Of a stretch of DNA of 64,000 bases, positions 37,401 to 51,012 are shown piece after piece (the first letter of the stretch is position 1; each line of letters opens with the position of its first letter). The position numbers and the translations under genes are program-made. The notes below the pieces were generated by a model that worked only from the letters and a program-made list of their open reading frames with translations, did not search any database and was not told the DNA's origin. Source of the stretch: Eledone cirrhosa (Eukaryota); assembly GCA_964016885.1 (NCBI GenBank), contig OZ024743.1, positions 351,168,001-351,232,000 of the forward strand, in the 5' to 3' direction.

Positions 37401-40151
37401 CAAGGTTGACCACGCAGGTCACTAATTTGTGATCTGAATAGCCAACCATGATCAGTTCTGGACAACTAAATACGTCCCTATCCTTACTCCTAACCAAAAA
37501 CCTATCTAGGTACGATCTAGATTGTCCACTGCGGTTTGCCCAGGTCCAGGTTGGCGCAGTTGGACAATCTAGTCGAAATCTATCGACCAGGTCGAATCGA
37601 TCGAGTAACCCCTTGAGGCTGCTACACCCCCCTCTATCGGGACATGCCCCTGCATAGTCCCAACGCGCATCTAGGATTCCATTCCAGTCCCCCACTAAAA
37701 GCAGGGAACGCGACGTTCCTAGAAAAGTCTCCAGACGTTGGAAGAAGTCGGCTCTTTCCGCCCCGAAGGGAGCATAAAGACCGACCAGTCTGAAAGCCCC
37801 GCCTTCACCGCCTCCGACGTCCAGCACCAGTAATCGACCCCCCGGGTCCGAGTGAACAATCTGTACGTCGAGAGTCAGACGTTTATCCAGCAGTACGGCA
37901 ACTCCCCCCCCCCCCCCCCGCTTCCGGGTTGACAGAGAGATGCGTGCATCTCAAAGTCATCGAAGGCGGGCGCCAGCTGTCTCACGCTGCTGATCCGACT
38001 CTCGCAAACAACCATCACATCTATACTTTGTGACCTGAGGTCACTTAGAAGCTTTGCTTGCTTCCAAGCTGAGCCCAGGCCACGCGCGTTCAAACAGCCA
38101 ACTCTCAATTGATCTATTTTGGTGTTGAAAGTGAAGAAAGAAAAGCACTTACCTCTCCGGGTTGCGTAATTTCCATGGCATCAGGTGTGTTGGGTGGAGG
38201 GATGTTTTGTGGTGGTGTGGGGGTACACGTGTGTGGTGGGGTTGGGGTATTTGGAGTTGTGTCAGGGAGAGGGGCGGTTATGGGGAAATCTTTCAAGAGG
38301 ACGCGATTCAACGGTTTTAAACAGGGGGGGGCTCACGTCCCGTCTAAATTGTTCTTTTAAGGAACGATAAAGGTCCAGAGGGACCTTTATCATTTTTAAA
38401 TGGGTGAAGTTCTCTGTTGAGATAAAGTTTGGCCCTTCGGTCTGCACCATAGGGTTATTGTTTATTAATTTAACCAGTTTTTTGTTTTCTTTATTTATAT
38501 ATGTGTATTGCAACGTCTTTTTTTGTGATGCTGTCAATGTTTCGGAGAGGGGAGGCGCAGATTTATTTTTGTTTGTTGAGGGTGGGGTGTTTTTGATTGG
38601 AGTTGGTGTTTGTGTGTGGGTTATTTGTGGTGTGCTGGGTGTGTGTTTTCTTTTTTTTCTTTTAACTTGTCTGAAGGCTTCTCCTCCTTCTTCTTCAGAA
38701 GTTGGGGGAAACTCTTCAGCGCTAGGTGGGAGTGACGTGTTGTGTGGTTGTTTTTTTTTTGCGGGAGGGGTAGATTTGTTACTGTTTTTTTTATTATTTG
38801 TTTGGAATGGGTTTTGTGGTGGTGGTGGTAATGTTTGTGTCGTGCTTGTGGTTGGTGATGGTGGTGGTGATGTTTGTGTTGTGGTTGGTGGTGGTGATTT
38901 TTGTGTCGTGCTTGTGTTTGGTGCTGGTGGTGGTGATGTTTGTGTTGTGTTTGTGGTTGGTGGTGTCTGTATTTTGTTTGCTGTGTGTGGTATTAGTGTA
39001 TTTTTGGAGGTGGGTGGTGTTGGTGTACTGTTTGTGGTGGGTGTGGGCAATAGTCCTTTTTGGGGGATACGTTTCGGGCAGTTAGCCTTAACGTGTCCCC
39101 TTTCCATGCATAAATAGCATGCTGGTCTTCTCCCCTCTACAATTATGTCTATTGGGGTAAGGTCATCCAGCCAGATGCGATCCGGGATTTGTGCTATTCT
39201 TTCGGGCCTCATTTGGACTAGTATGTCGAGGCCCATTCCCAGGAACGCATCTCCAGTTGCCTTCCCCATTGACAGCATTGTGTCTTCGCCCATATCAATG
39301 AAGCCAGCAATAGCCCACCAGAAGTCCATTGTGGGCAGCATTGTTTTTACTTTTACTCTCTGTGTTCTTCTACCCATGTAGGAGGGATAGAAGCTATATG
39401 TTGTCGACGAGAGTGGGCTTAGGGAAAGCTTCTCCGCCGTTTCTTTGTCTCTTGTTAGGGCCGAAATGCTGCCATAGAGTCGGTCCTTTCGTATGAAGAG
39501 AATATTCTTCATATAGTCTTTTAGGACTAACTCTATTTCCATTTGGCTGGGCTGTGCTGGCTTTCTTGTCTGGTTCAGTATAGTTCTGTAGAGAACTGTG
39601 TTTTCTACTCTGGCTTTCTTGAATTCTGGGGGGGGAGTTAATGGAAAACATTCCGTTCTCCCCCAAAACAATGTGTTTCTTTGCTTCGGCCAGTTTTTCT
39701 CTGGCGGCAGTTAGGTCAATTGGTGTGTATGTAATGGATTGTTTTGTTTTCTGGGCGAAAGTTGCCCTGTCGTTATTTGTATTATTTTCTGTTTGTTTGT
39801 TTTCTGTTTGCTCATTTTCCTTAACATTTGTTTTTTCATTTTGTTTGTTTGTTTCAATGTCTAATTTTGTTGTAATTATTTTTTGTTCTTCAGACTTGGG
39901 GGGGCGTGGCAGAGCTAATGGCAGACATATCTGCCATCTTTTCCGCCATGCTGCCAAGAAAGAAATTTTTCGGCAAAAATAGATATTTATTTTACCCCCT
40001 AAAAAGGGGGTAAATGCAAAAATGTTTCCCTAAATAACAGGGGTTAGTGTTCCAAATGTGTTGCACTAAAAAATTTATCCGGTACTTACAATAGTAAGGG
40101 TAAATCCCGATGGAATAGCGGAGCCGATGCGAAGCGTGTCTTACTCTATCA
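34440..40151 (-). mobile_element. Full-length Tx1 element, copy F, in (GATA)n
   Basis: (GATA)n at 34411-34439 and 40152-40178. ORF1 pieces 39394..39957, 38262..39671 (CYLCMERGHVKANC) and 38114..38311. Confidence 0.92.
34672..38117 (-). pseudogene. Tx1 copy F ORF2, frameshift at a C-homopolymer (~37903-37919), start codon reads ATA
   Basis: 37875..38108 plus 34672..37827 are colinear with the copy D ORF2. Confidence 0.85.
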
Positions 40152-41084
40152 AGATAGATAGATAGATAGATAGATAGACAGGCAGGCAGGCAGACAGACA
40201 GAACAGATAGATAGTTAGGTAGGTTGGTAGGTAGGTAGGTAGGTAGGTAGGTAGGTAGGTAGGTAGGTAGGTAGGTATGAGGGTGAGAGAAAATGAGAGG
40301 AATTAAGAAAGGTGAGAAAGTATATAAATTGAGAGTGAGAAAAAGGAGAGACCATGTAAAAGAGTGTGGATGAGAGGAAGACGATGTTGGGGAGAAGGTA
40401 GAAGAGGAATAAATGTAGAGTAAGATAGTGTGTGAAGAAAAATGGAGAAGGTGAGAAGGTAAACTAAAAATGTGAATAAGGATAAGAGATGGAAGAGGAG
40501 GAAGGTAAAAGTAGAGTAAAAATATGAAATGTGACAGAAAAGGTTGGGTGGAGAATGGTGTTAGGGAGGGTGAATGAGAAAGGGAAGAAAAGGCGGAGTT
40601 AATGTGTAAGAATGAGGGAACGCAAGGGTGGGTGAGTGAAAGGCTGTATGTTAGAAAGGGAAGGGAGCTGAATAGTGTTTAGTAGGAGAAAAAGTGAGTG
40701 GTGAGTGGTAGAAAGGAAGAGAGAACAAAAATGGGGTCTAGTAGAAGGAAAGAGAGAGAGAGGGATAGTGGGGGGAGAGAGGGGGGAGAGAATGAGAGAA
40801 GAGAGACAGAGAACTCTGCATGACGGGAGAGAGGGGAATGGTGTATGGTAGACGGAAAGAGAGAGAGGAGAAATAATTTACAATAGAAGAGAGAGAGAAA
40901 GAGAGAAGGGGGTAATGGTGAATTGCTTGTTAGAAATTACGAGAAATCAAGGTAGATAGATATATAAAAAGACTACATGTACAAAAAAATTGAAATAAGC
41001 CGCAGTAAATATGGATTGGTTGTAAAGTAGTATAAATAGCAGTAACAACAATAACATCAAACTTAATAATAATAATAATAATGA

Positions 41085-41295
41085 TTTCTGATTTAGGCAC
41101 AAGGACAGCAATTTGGGGGAATGAAAGTCGATTAAATCGGCCCCAGTGCGTTACTGGTACTTTATTTTATCGACCATGTAAGGATGAAGGGCAAAGCTAA
41201 CCTCGGTGGTATTTGAACTCAGAACGTAAAGTGCCGGATTAATTGCCACACGGCATTTTACTCGATTCATTAAGTATTCTGACCATATATCACCC
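41085..41295 (-). mobile_element. Diverged SINE copy
   Basis: Same core and tail as the other SINEs, adjacent to (AAT)n. Confidence 0.7.
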
Positions 41296-41720
41296 TTAAA
41301 CATAACCATAATTAGAACAACAGCTGCAGCAGCAACAATAACATACAGCGCATCTGGAACATTTAAACCTGGCGGAGCCCATCCCTCTCCAGGTGTAGAC
41401 AGAACCGATTTCTCCCAGAGAAATAAAGAGAGAGATGGGACAGAGAAGTAAGAAGATATAAAAGCAGATTCGACCCCAGTATTGAACTGGTACTATATGT
41501 ATCAACCTCGAAATGATGAAAGGCAAAATTGACCTGGGACTTGAACTCATAGCGTAGAGAATCAGTTGAAAGATTGCAAAACCTTCTCTCAGTTGTCATG
41601 GTTTCAGTCTACTGACGCATGGTTGGGGGAGGCCAATTTCTCTACTCCAATCTTGCTACTCTCACTTAAAAATTACTAGAAAGCAGAACATCTAACTATC
41701 TATCTATCTATCTATCTATC

Positions 41721-42611
41721 AGTGGAGACTCCACTTCGACATTCTATAGAGGGTTAGTACTTTACAAGTAGGACGACGTGCTCGGGGAGACTTTAGGCGT
41801 CGAAGACGACGATCTCACCAGTCTGTTCGGTAGGACTTTCCGCCCGGGACCTATGGACAACTTCCAGAGGTCCCTGGCCTAGCAGTGCTACCGAGGAGCT
41901 CTACCCGTTCGAGATAAGATCTACAGGCACGGACGCCCCGGCAGGGATCCTTCCAAGAAGACGTGTCCAAGATGCGAGCAGGACATTGAAACCGTCTTGC
42001 ACGCAATTGTACACTGCCCGGGCGTAAGCGACCTGTGGAATTATGCAGAACAACTGCTGTCGCGTATGGGACAAATCCAGTTGACTGCCGAGTCCATAGT
42101 AAGGATCAAACCGCCAGCCTCTTTCAAAAACGAAAGAGAGGCGGTTTTCCTCTGTACAGTGGCTATGGTGAAAGAGGTTATATGGTGGACGAGATTGAGA
42201 GGACTGAGGGCAGATGCCTTTCTCTCCGGACAATTGATTCCCTTCTTTAAGTATCACTTTAGAAGGAGAATCAGAGCAGAGAGAGAGGCACTGCACCCCA
42301 GTAAATTTACTGAAAGGTGGGTGAATGAAGCGAAAATGGCCCGAGTGATTCGGCCTTCTTTGTTTATAAGCCTGTAGGTTAAAGAAAAGAGCAAAAGGAA
42401 GAAAGGAGCACTTGCACAACACGCTCCTGAAGTTGAGGGTTGTTCTATCGACGGGGTATTAAACAACCCATTTGTGGTGCCTCCCCACTATTGAGGATTT
42501 CGATTGTTATAATTGTTTGTTTCAATATTTTTACACGACTGTATTTAAAATCCCCGGCATGTGTCTTTGTATTGTCCCCTTTTCTTGTGCGCCCTTGTGG
42601 CAAATAAAGAA

Positions 42612-42612
<1 letters not shown>
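41721..42612 (+). mobile_element. 5'-truncated Tx1 copy G in (TATC)n
   Basis: ORF2 C-terminus (GPMDNFQRSLA*QCYRGALPVR, CPRC..HAIVHC) plus 3'UTR. (TATC)n on both sides. Confidence 0.9.
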
Positions 42613-42643
<31 letters not shown>

Positions 42644-43024
42644 GATTCTTTTTTTCAAATACCACTTTGGAAGAAGAATCAGGATGGAGAGAGAGGTGCT
42701 GTACCCCAGCAAGTTTTATGAAAGGTGGGTGAAAGTGGCGAGAATGGCCCGAGTGAATGGGCCTTCTCTCTATATCAGCCTGTAGGTTGAGGAAAAGGAG
42801 GAGGAGAGGAAAGGAGTACAAGCTCTTCGTACTCCTGGAGATGAGGGTTGCACATTTTTTTTCGGGGGTATGTGTTACCCATATAAACTGTCTCCCTCTA
42901 TTGGGGAAAATCGACTAACTTTTAAATTCCATCTGTGATAACATTTTACACGTTTTTATTGTATGTAAACTTCCCCCTTTGTATTTGTCCCCTTCTTTTG
43001 TGCCCCTGTGGCTAATAAAGAAAT
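42644..43024 (+). mobile_element. 5'-truncated Tx1 copy H in (TATC)n
   Basis: FFKYHFGRRIRMEREVL...VNGPSLYISL* plus 3'UTR. (TATC)n on both sides. Confidence 0.9.
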
Positions 43025-44022
43025 ATATCTATCTATCTATCTATCTATCTTTTATTTCTGTTTCTCTTTCTCTTCATCTATCCCATTCGCCTATCTCTTT
43101 CCCTCCACCCTAACTTCAAATCATATTTAAGTATATTGATGGAATATTCAAATTTAATTAAATAAATGAAAATTGTGAATGAGAATGCGGAACCATCACG
43201 AAATTTGGCAACTAAAGATTTGTCTGAGGTTAACCAGTTTTAGATAAAGCTTCGGTCATTTTCACTGTCCTACCAGAAATTATACAAATTTGAGGAAATT
43301 ATGCAAATGTAAGTATAGCACGCATATTTCAATGTTTAATAGATATGATTTAAGTTTTTATTAAAAGATTTGGTGAGCGTGGATACACTGTAGAACGTAT
43401 CCATTGTATAAAGTATTTTCTAAGAAATGTTGAACTAAAAATCAGAGCAAAGAAGGGGGTACACATTTTCAGAAATTTTGAATTAAAATTAAGGTAAAAA
43501 AAGGAGTGCACTTTTTCAGAATTTTTATTGAGCTTAAAAATAGTCATTTCAAATGGCAAGATTGCAAATACGTGTTTATAGAAATTGTTTACAAATAATA
43601 CCTGATATATCGGTAATTGGGGATCTGCGTAATTGAATGCCGTCTGTCTCAAAGGCGAGAAAAGTGGTCAAATAAATTTATAAAGGGATATATAACATTT
43701 GTCATGTTTTGATAACAGTATTATTATAACTGACTATTGTTAGGCTTGAATAATAAGGCGATACTTCCCACGCTGTGAAGCTGTTTGCTATACACATATT
43801 CCTCCATTTGTTGGCATACAATACCCGGTTTGAAAACTAGAAATTAGATACGTAAATAGCACTGACATAATTATACCGCTATATAAATAGTTTTCACTGG
43901 TACTGGTACTGGTAAATTTAAACCGCAAAATATAACGGTGGTTTCTGTAGAGATAAAAATATTTGTGTAAACCTTTTTCAATTAAACATACTTAGCAATT
44001 GAAAAACAAAAAAAAAACACAA

Positions 44023-44265
44023 ATGGGTTCAAATACAGAAACGAAACGAACTGCTTATGATGCAACATTTAGACTGAAAGCAACTGTTTATGCAGAAAAA
44101 ATATTAACTGTGCAGTAACTAGATGCTTTGGTGTTGTTGAATGTACAGTCAGGCTTTGGACAAAATCAAAAACAAACTGAAACAAATTCCTAATGCTTCA
44201 CGGGTTAATCGTGTTAGACAGACACAATACCCACTACTTTAGAAAACTCTAGTCAACCGGTGTAG
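44023..44265 (+). pseudogene. pogo/Tigger-type transposase N-terminal HTH remnant
   Basis: MGSNTETKRTAYDATFRLKATVYAEK / NCAVTRCFGVVECTVRLW resembles the Brinker-type DNA-binding domain of pogo transposases. Frameshifted. Confidence 0.55.
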
Positions 44266-44544
44266 CAAGTCAAAGGTCGTTTTAAATTCTTCACTACAAT
44301 ATAGAGTTTCTCGTAAGAGACTGAATATTGTAGTGAAATATATGTGTGAGATCGAGATTTGGATGAATAAGATGGTACAAGTATAATAAAAAAACATTTA
44401 CATATACAAAGCTGTATTCCGGAGTCGTATTATACATTTAATAAATGCGATATCTCATTGAGCATATGACGAAATTGATTTCGCATTATATCGTTCCACT
44501 TAATGTCGCTCTTCCCAAGAACCTATCAACCACATTGAGAACAG

Positions 44545-44635
<91 letters not shown>

Positions 44636-44759
44636 TTTCTTTATATATATATATATATATACGTATATCACCATTCGCTGTCTCCGCCTGCGACAGATTG
44701 CGTACTAATATGACTTAGTTCCTTCCAAGTTTCCTATTTTATGCAGCTCTTGAGAATGC

Positions 44760-45225
44760 TGGTGACCGTAGTGAGCTCTTTGCACAATTCTGTATTAGAA
44801 ACTATTTAATAATGACAAACTCCGTGTTTCAAAAGTAAAAGTTTCGCACATGGACATCTTCAGATGGCAAAACCAAAAATCGGATCAATTTCATTCTGAC
44901 TCCGTTCGTCAAAATGTTCTGTATAACAGGCATGTCAAACTGAAGGACCCCGTGGGCCACATGGGTCACATATGTGTTGTCTGGGGGTCACACATGACAA
45001 CTAATTGCGCACATTACAACTAATTTTTTTATTATTTTATATTACGAAAATAAAACATGCTCGCGCTGTAAACCTTTGTGCAGATCGCAGGTGTGCTTGT
45101 TAAGGGGCTCATGCGGCCCACGGGCTGTATGTTTGACATGCCTGCTCTATAGCATAAATCACAGCGTGCAAGACATATCAGATCATAGATTGGTTAGAGC
45201 TAAGGTTAGAATAAATTTCTCATAA
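44760..45225 (+). mobile_element. RTE-like endonuclease remnant interrupted by a MITE
   Basis: LIMTNSVFQK*KFRTWTSSDGKTKNRINFILT before the MITE and ISDHRLVRAKVRI after it. An RT piece IVVIFKKDSRLDCGNYRPISLLS lies at ~45700-45780. Confidence 0.65.
44927..45144. mobile_element. hAT (Charlie-like) MITE, 218 bp
   Basis: 14-bp perfect TIR CAGGCATGTCAAAC/GTTTGACATGCCTG. Imperfect 8-bp TSD CTGTATAA/CTCTATAG. Confidence 0.8.
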
Positions 45226-45325
45226 CCATGAATACAATTAGGGCAATCCCTAATTCAATTTTGAACAATTGAGTAACCCTACCCATGACCTGATGATTGG
45301 TTCCTCCACTAGGAAAACAAGCTTT

Positions 45326-45548
45326 GAAAACTGAGACAACTGCTTCTCAGTGATCCCTTTTCAGTCAAATAACCATTGCTGATTCTCAAATGGATCTTTG
45401 CGTAACCCTGCACGGGTGACTGCCAGATATTATGCCTTGCCAAAGGGCAAGCTGGCATTTGGCCAGGACTGCTTTGTCAATACCTTCATTTCTGAAGGTC
45501 GTTCGTCTATCTGCCACCTGGAGACCCGGTGTTATGGGAGTTATTTTG
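45326..45548. repeat. Dispersed ~220-bp repeat, copy 1 (copy 2 at ~51159-51380), probably RTE-related
   Basis: Clear similarity between the two loci. Copy 2 is followed by an RTE-like C-terminal remnant (EDDTGLEAKELQTAML). Confidence 0.55.
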
Positions 45549-47265
45549 AACAATTGAGTAACCCAGTAAGAATCCAGGATTAGATAACATCTACTTAGAA
45601 TATCTCAAAACTAGTGGAGAAACATTAGTGAACACCGTATTACATCTTTTCATTCAAATACTAATCACTGGTTCAATACCTCAAGCCTTTAAAGAAATGC
45701 TTATAGTGGTTATCTTCAAAAAGGATAGCCGACTGGATTGTGGCAATTATCGTCCAATCAGCCTCCTAAGTACTATTTAACTAGTTATTATAATCATTGC
45801 TTCACTTGTAAGGATGATCTCTTTACAGCTTTTCCTGCATCTCCAGTAGCAAATTAACTTGGAAGAGGTACTCTTGAACATAACATATATATGCGTGTGT
45901 ATGTGTATGTGTGTGAGTGTGTGTGTGTTATGTTTCGTGTATATATATTTGAATCAAATTATTAATGTTCTTATATAACATATATAAATGAACAGACCAT
46001 GGTGGTGATCATTAATATTACAATTATTATTATTATTAATAATTAATATTTTCTTCCTAATGTACAACTCCGAGAGGTATATAGTCAAGTTAAGATAATT
46101 CACAATATCATGTCCGGAGCTACATATCTCTGTATTCGAATACAACAAAAGTCAGCTTTGATTTTCATACTTTTAAAGTCAATGTCTGTAATTTATAAAT
46201 ATACATTGATCTAATAAAACGATATCAGCACCACTACCACCACCAACATCAACAATAACAATAACCGCATTATCATCATCAAAACCACTATCATCTTCAT
46301 CATCATAATCCCGACCATCACCTCTACAACTATTATCATCAATACCACCATTGTTATTCTTGAAAAAACACTCAAAATGTATGTCTACGATATTTATATA
46401 GATGTAAAAATATATTCATAAAACAGTATTAATATTGTTGCTATAATGGATTTTTTCTTTTTGTTTTATTACGCGTTTTCTTTTTTTTTTTAAGGAAATA
46501 AAGGAATATTTTTATCACCGCAATCGTTTGAATGTTTCCTTCACAGACATAAATTCGATTTATCTAATACTTCCTAACCTTCTAGTGTTGTGACTGAGAA
46601 ATATTTGCAAGTAAACGGTGAAAGCCCACCGAGTACAAAACTATTTCTCACTCAAGTTTCTATCTTCAAAGAACTGTAATAAAATCAAGCATTAAGTCGT
46701 TTTATTTTTCTTCCCTTCTACTAGCAGACGACACAAATCAGTGTTGGCGCCATTTTCTTCGTCTAATTTACCGTCAAACACGGTTATAATAATGACACTA
46801 TCGTTTTAACTTTTTGCTTATTTGTTTTTGTTTTGTTTTTTACTTTTTATTTTGGTATTTTATTATGTAATATTAGCCAATCTTCCAGCAAATTGAATTA
46901 ATAATTGATATTAACATATAAATTGGCAAAAATTATCTATATAACTATTAATCCATCTTCAGGCTTCATTTTCTCTTCCGCTCTTACTATCTATAGATGT
47001 GTACGTGCGTGTGTTTCTATGAACGGTTTTTATTTATGGGAGTGTTTGCGTTACTGCATCAGAGTATGAATATTTTACTACCTGTACAGAGATATCTCGT
47101 GTGTGTGTACATGTGTATATACATTTTATGCCATCAGTATGTATTTGAATGTGAATGAGGATATATTTAACTGATTCTACACGCGTGTATGGATGTGTGG
47201 CATCTGAACAATTTGTAAGAATTTGTGAAGTAGGCTGGTATATATATATATACACACACACACAC

Positions 47266-47335
<70 letters not shown>

Positions 47336-47419
47336 ATGTATGTAAACGGTAAACAGAAATAACAACACAATCGGTACGGTATATGGAAGGTACATATTAG
47401 GTTAACGCTTGATATAGCA

Positions 47420-47479
<60 letters not shown>

Positions 47480-47536
47480 GTGTGTGTGGACGGAGATGTT
47501 TGGGTGCATGTGTGTGTCTACATATACATATAAATT

Positions 47537-47569
<33 letters not shown>

Positions 47570-48119
47570 ATGCGCGCGCACGTGTGTGTATGAGTGTGTC
47601 TGTGTGTTTAACGTCACTTTCACTATCATTACCACCACCACCACCACCACTACCACCACCACCACCACCACTACCACCACCACCACCACCACTACCACCA
47701 CTCCTATCATCATTATTACCATATCCTGATCAGTTTCATTCGATTATAAGACACGAAAGGTATCTAGGTATTGAGACATAAAAAAATGATCTGCTTCAAA
47801 AGGCGCCAGAAAAGCCCTCATTTAAACAAATGGTTAACAAATCCTTACCGCTATTATATAATATTTCTTAGATATAATACACTAATTATAGGGAGAGAAA
47901 ATATACATTTCAAAGCGAATATGTTTCTAATCACTATGATTATTACATTACTGTTGGTTACCTTAATACTGGTTCCATGACTGACTCTGTCCTAGTAAAA
48001 ACCTATGTATTTTCATTTAATTCCATACAGCTAGTTTACAGATGGGCCGACCAGATCTTAGCCACTGTTATAATGTTATGTAATTTACCGAGAGAAGGCC
48101 GTACACTGAACACGTACGT

Positions 48120-48169
<50 letters not shown>

Positions 48170-48233
48170 GGGGGGGCGTGTGTATGTGTATTTGTATACA
48201 TTCATACATGCATACATACATACATACATACAT

Positions 48234-48642
48234 CGTGGCTGCCAACTCGTTTTCGAGTACGGCCACTACTTTATATCCATGTAGGAGAACCCCTACCGAT
48301 GCGCTGAACGAGTGTGACTTTTTAGTCCAGCCAGCGACTTGAAAACTCTGGTACAAACACTACACTTGTGACAATTATTGACACAGTGCTGGGCCCATGG
48401 TACCATGTGACGACAAGTGCAGAGAGATCTCCAGATATAAAGCAATGCCTGTGCCGTGAAGCTTTTATAGTGAGCAAAGGCACTGCACAAAGCCAGTCCC
48501 ACTCTCTTAACCGAGATGATATTTACCAAAAAGAAGAACAAGTCAACATCATTGGATACCATCAGGGTTGCAGGTGTTATATCAGAGTTTTCCTTCTCCT
48601 AGAATTCTGCCTTGACAAAGGCTAAGGGGTCATCTCTCCCGG
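48234..48642 (-). mobile_element. Non-autonomous RTE-derived element in (CATA)n, copy 1
   Basis: Nearly identical to 50070-50480. Encodes a terminal C2H2 finger CSVCTRVFKSLAGLKSHTRSAH and has the RTE 5'UTR-like motif CTAGGAGAAGGAAAACTCTGA. Confidence 0.65.
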
Positions 48643-48703
48643 ATACATACATACATACATACATACATACATACATACATACATACATACATACATACAT
48701 ACA

Positions 48704-48736
<33 letters not shown>

Positions 48737-49144
48737 GCATGATTCCACCACACCCACACCTCGTTATCGAATATGGCCATTGCATGATATAGTGTTTATT
48801 AATAGTTATCAATTAATGTTATCTTGCAATGATTGTGCGCGAAGATATTTTTTTAAGTGAGGAAAGACTGTGCAGTGAGCCAATCCCACTCTCTGAGTGA
48901 CAGTAGCTATAAACCGAAAAAAAGAAGAGATCAACATCATCGGTAACTACTGAGCCGCAGGTTTTATGTCGATGTTATCCCAGTTTCCTGAGTTAGCTTC
49001 TCCTAGAAAAATGCCCTGACAAAGGCTGGGGGTCCTTCACTCCAAGTGGTTTAACCACGCGATTGGGTATCCAGCCCGATTATTTCTATGTCCCCGAGCA
49101 TATACATACACATGCATACATGTATATACATATATCTTATGACG

Positions 49145-49755
49145 CTAAACTCCGCCAGATGCAAACTGCGCATCAACATGTGATATTTTTCTCCACAAAG
49201 TTCGATCACCAGCATTAGAGTTCAAAGAGCAAAGTCCAGTCAATAAGTTGACATTATCAAGCCATCGTTTTGGCTGCCGGCCTCTGCTTCTCTTACTAGC
49301 CAACCTTCCTTCCAGGCATAACATACTCACATCATGAATGACCGTATAGTTTGAGTACTCTTGACTTGACAATTGATGTAATTGGTCTAAGTTTGGTAAT
49401 GTTGAACAGCTCACTGATACAGATACGGTCGCTGAGCCGCTTGCCAGTCATAAGTCTCATGATATGGTTCTGGAATGTAGAGAGCTTCTGAAGTGACCTT
49501 GTCGTCCAATTAACACAGTCAAGACCATATAACACAACTGGTAGGATGTAAGTATGAAAGATCTTAGCCTTCAAATGATAGGAAACTGATTTTGATGTTA
49601 ATACTTCCTTGTTCTTGTTGAAAGCTGCTCAACCTAGAGTGATGCGATACTGTGCAGCAACCATTCCATTGTTGTTTGATGATAGTTTGTGACCGAGATA
49701 TACAAACTCCGTAACTTGAGCAATTTGCTAGTTGTAGATTGTGAGTTGGAGATTG
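49145..49755 (-). mobile_element. RTE-clade RT C-terminal fragment
   Basis: EFVYLG, KAKIFHTYILPVVLYGLDC..W, LKLYGH, LEG..KRSRGRQPKRWLDNV. Confidence 0.75.
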
Positions 49756-50069
49756 GCATATATATACATATATACACATGCATACGTGTGTATATATCTA
49801 CACATTTTTGGATGGCCGTTGATTCTTGTGAGTTCTTCGGCCCTTTGTCAGGATTTGTTTTTTGTCATGCAGGGGGTCCAAAATCACCCTCCTCGCCAAG
49901 TAAACTTGATGGGGTTGCCGGTTTAGTCGCCGACGACCTGACCATGCGACAGGTTGTACTGGGTTACATGTTACCAATGTCACTCAAGAGTGACCCGACA
50001 TACATACATACATACATACATACATACATACATACATACATACATACATACATACATACATACATACAT

Positions 50070-50676
50070 CGTGGCTGCCAACTCGTTTTCGAGTACGGCC
50101 ACTACTTTATATCCTTGTAGGAGAACCCCTACCGATGCGCTGAACGAGTGTGACTTTTTATTCCAGCCAGCGACTTGAAAACTCTGGTACAAACACTACA
50201 CTTGTGACAATTATTGATACATAGTGCTGGGCCCATGGTACCATGTGACAACAAGTGCAGAGAGCTCTCCAGATATAAAGCAATGCCTGTGCCGTGAAGC
50301 TTTTATAGTGAGCAAAGGCACTGCACAAAGCCAGTCCCACTCTCTTAACCAAGATGATATTTACGAAAAAGAAGAACAAGTCAACATCATTGGATACCAT
50401 CAGGGTTGCAGGTGTTATATCAGAGTTTTCCTTCTCCTAGAATTCTGCCTTGACAAAGGCTAAGGGGTCATCTCTCCCGGTGATTTTGGATGGCCATTGA
50501 CTCTTAAGAGCTCCTTTGCCCTTTGACAGGTTTTGTTTTTAGTCCTGCAGGATGTCCAAAGTCACCCTCCTCACCAAGAAACCTTGGTGGGGTTGCCAGT
50601 TTAGTCGCCAACGACCCGACCATGGGACAGGTTGAACTGGGATACATGTTACCAGTAGCACCAACTGGTGACCTGA
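50070..50676 (-). mobile_element. Non-autonomous RTE-derived element in (CATA)n, longer copy 2 (a further 5' piece at ~49810-49998)
   Basis: Repeat of 48234-48642 extended by ~200 bp that also recurs at 49810-49998. (CATA)n on both sides. Confidence 0.65.
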
Positions 50677-50932
50677 CATACATACATACATACATACATA
50701 CATACATACATACATACATACAAGGTTAGGCAGATAGACTGACAGACAGAGAACAGACAAACAGACAGACAGATATATATAGAGAGAGATTAGTTCTATA
50801 AATTACAACAAACATTTTCTGATGTGACTATTCCATACTTGGTAGAGTCGAAGTTATTATATGCATGTATATATAAATATAAATATGTGTCTATGCGTGT
50901 GCATGTGTACGTATATATACATATATATAAAA

Positions 50933-51012
<80 letters not shown>

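Noticed and set aside
40270-40920. Long purine-rich tract
   Set aside because: Low complexity, with no ORF or defined repeat unit that I could establish.
45286-45330. CTGATGA...GAAA hammerhead-like string (also CTGATGA at 1921)
   Set aside because: No convincing stems I and III, and the second copy of this repeat at ~51120 lacks the core.
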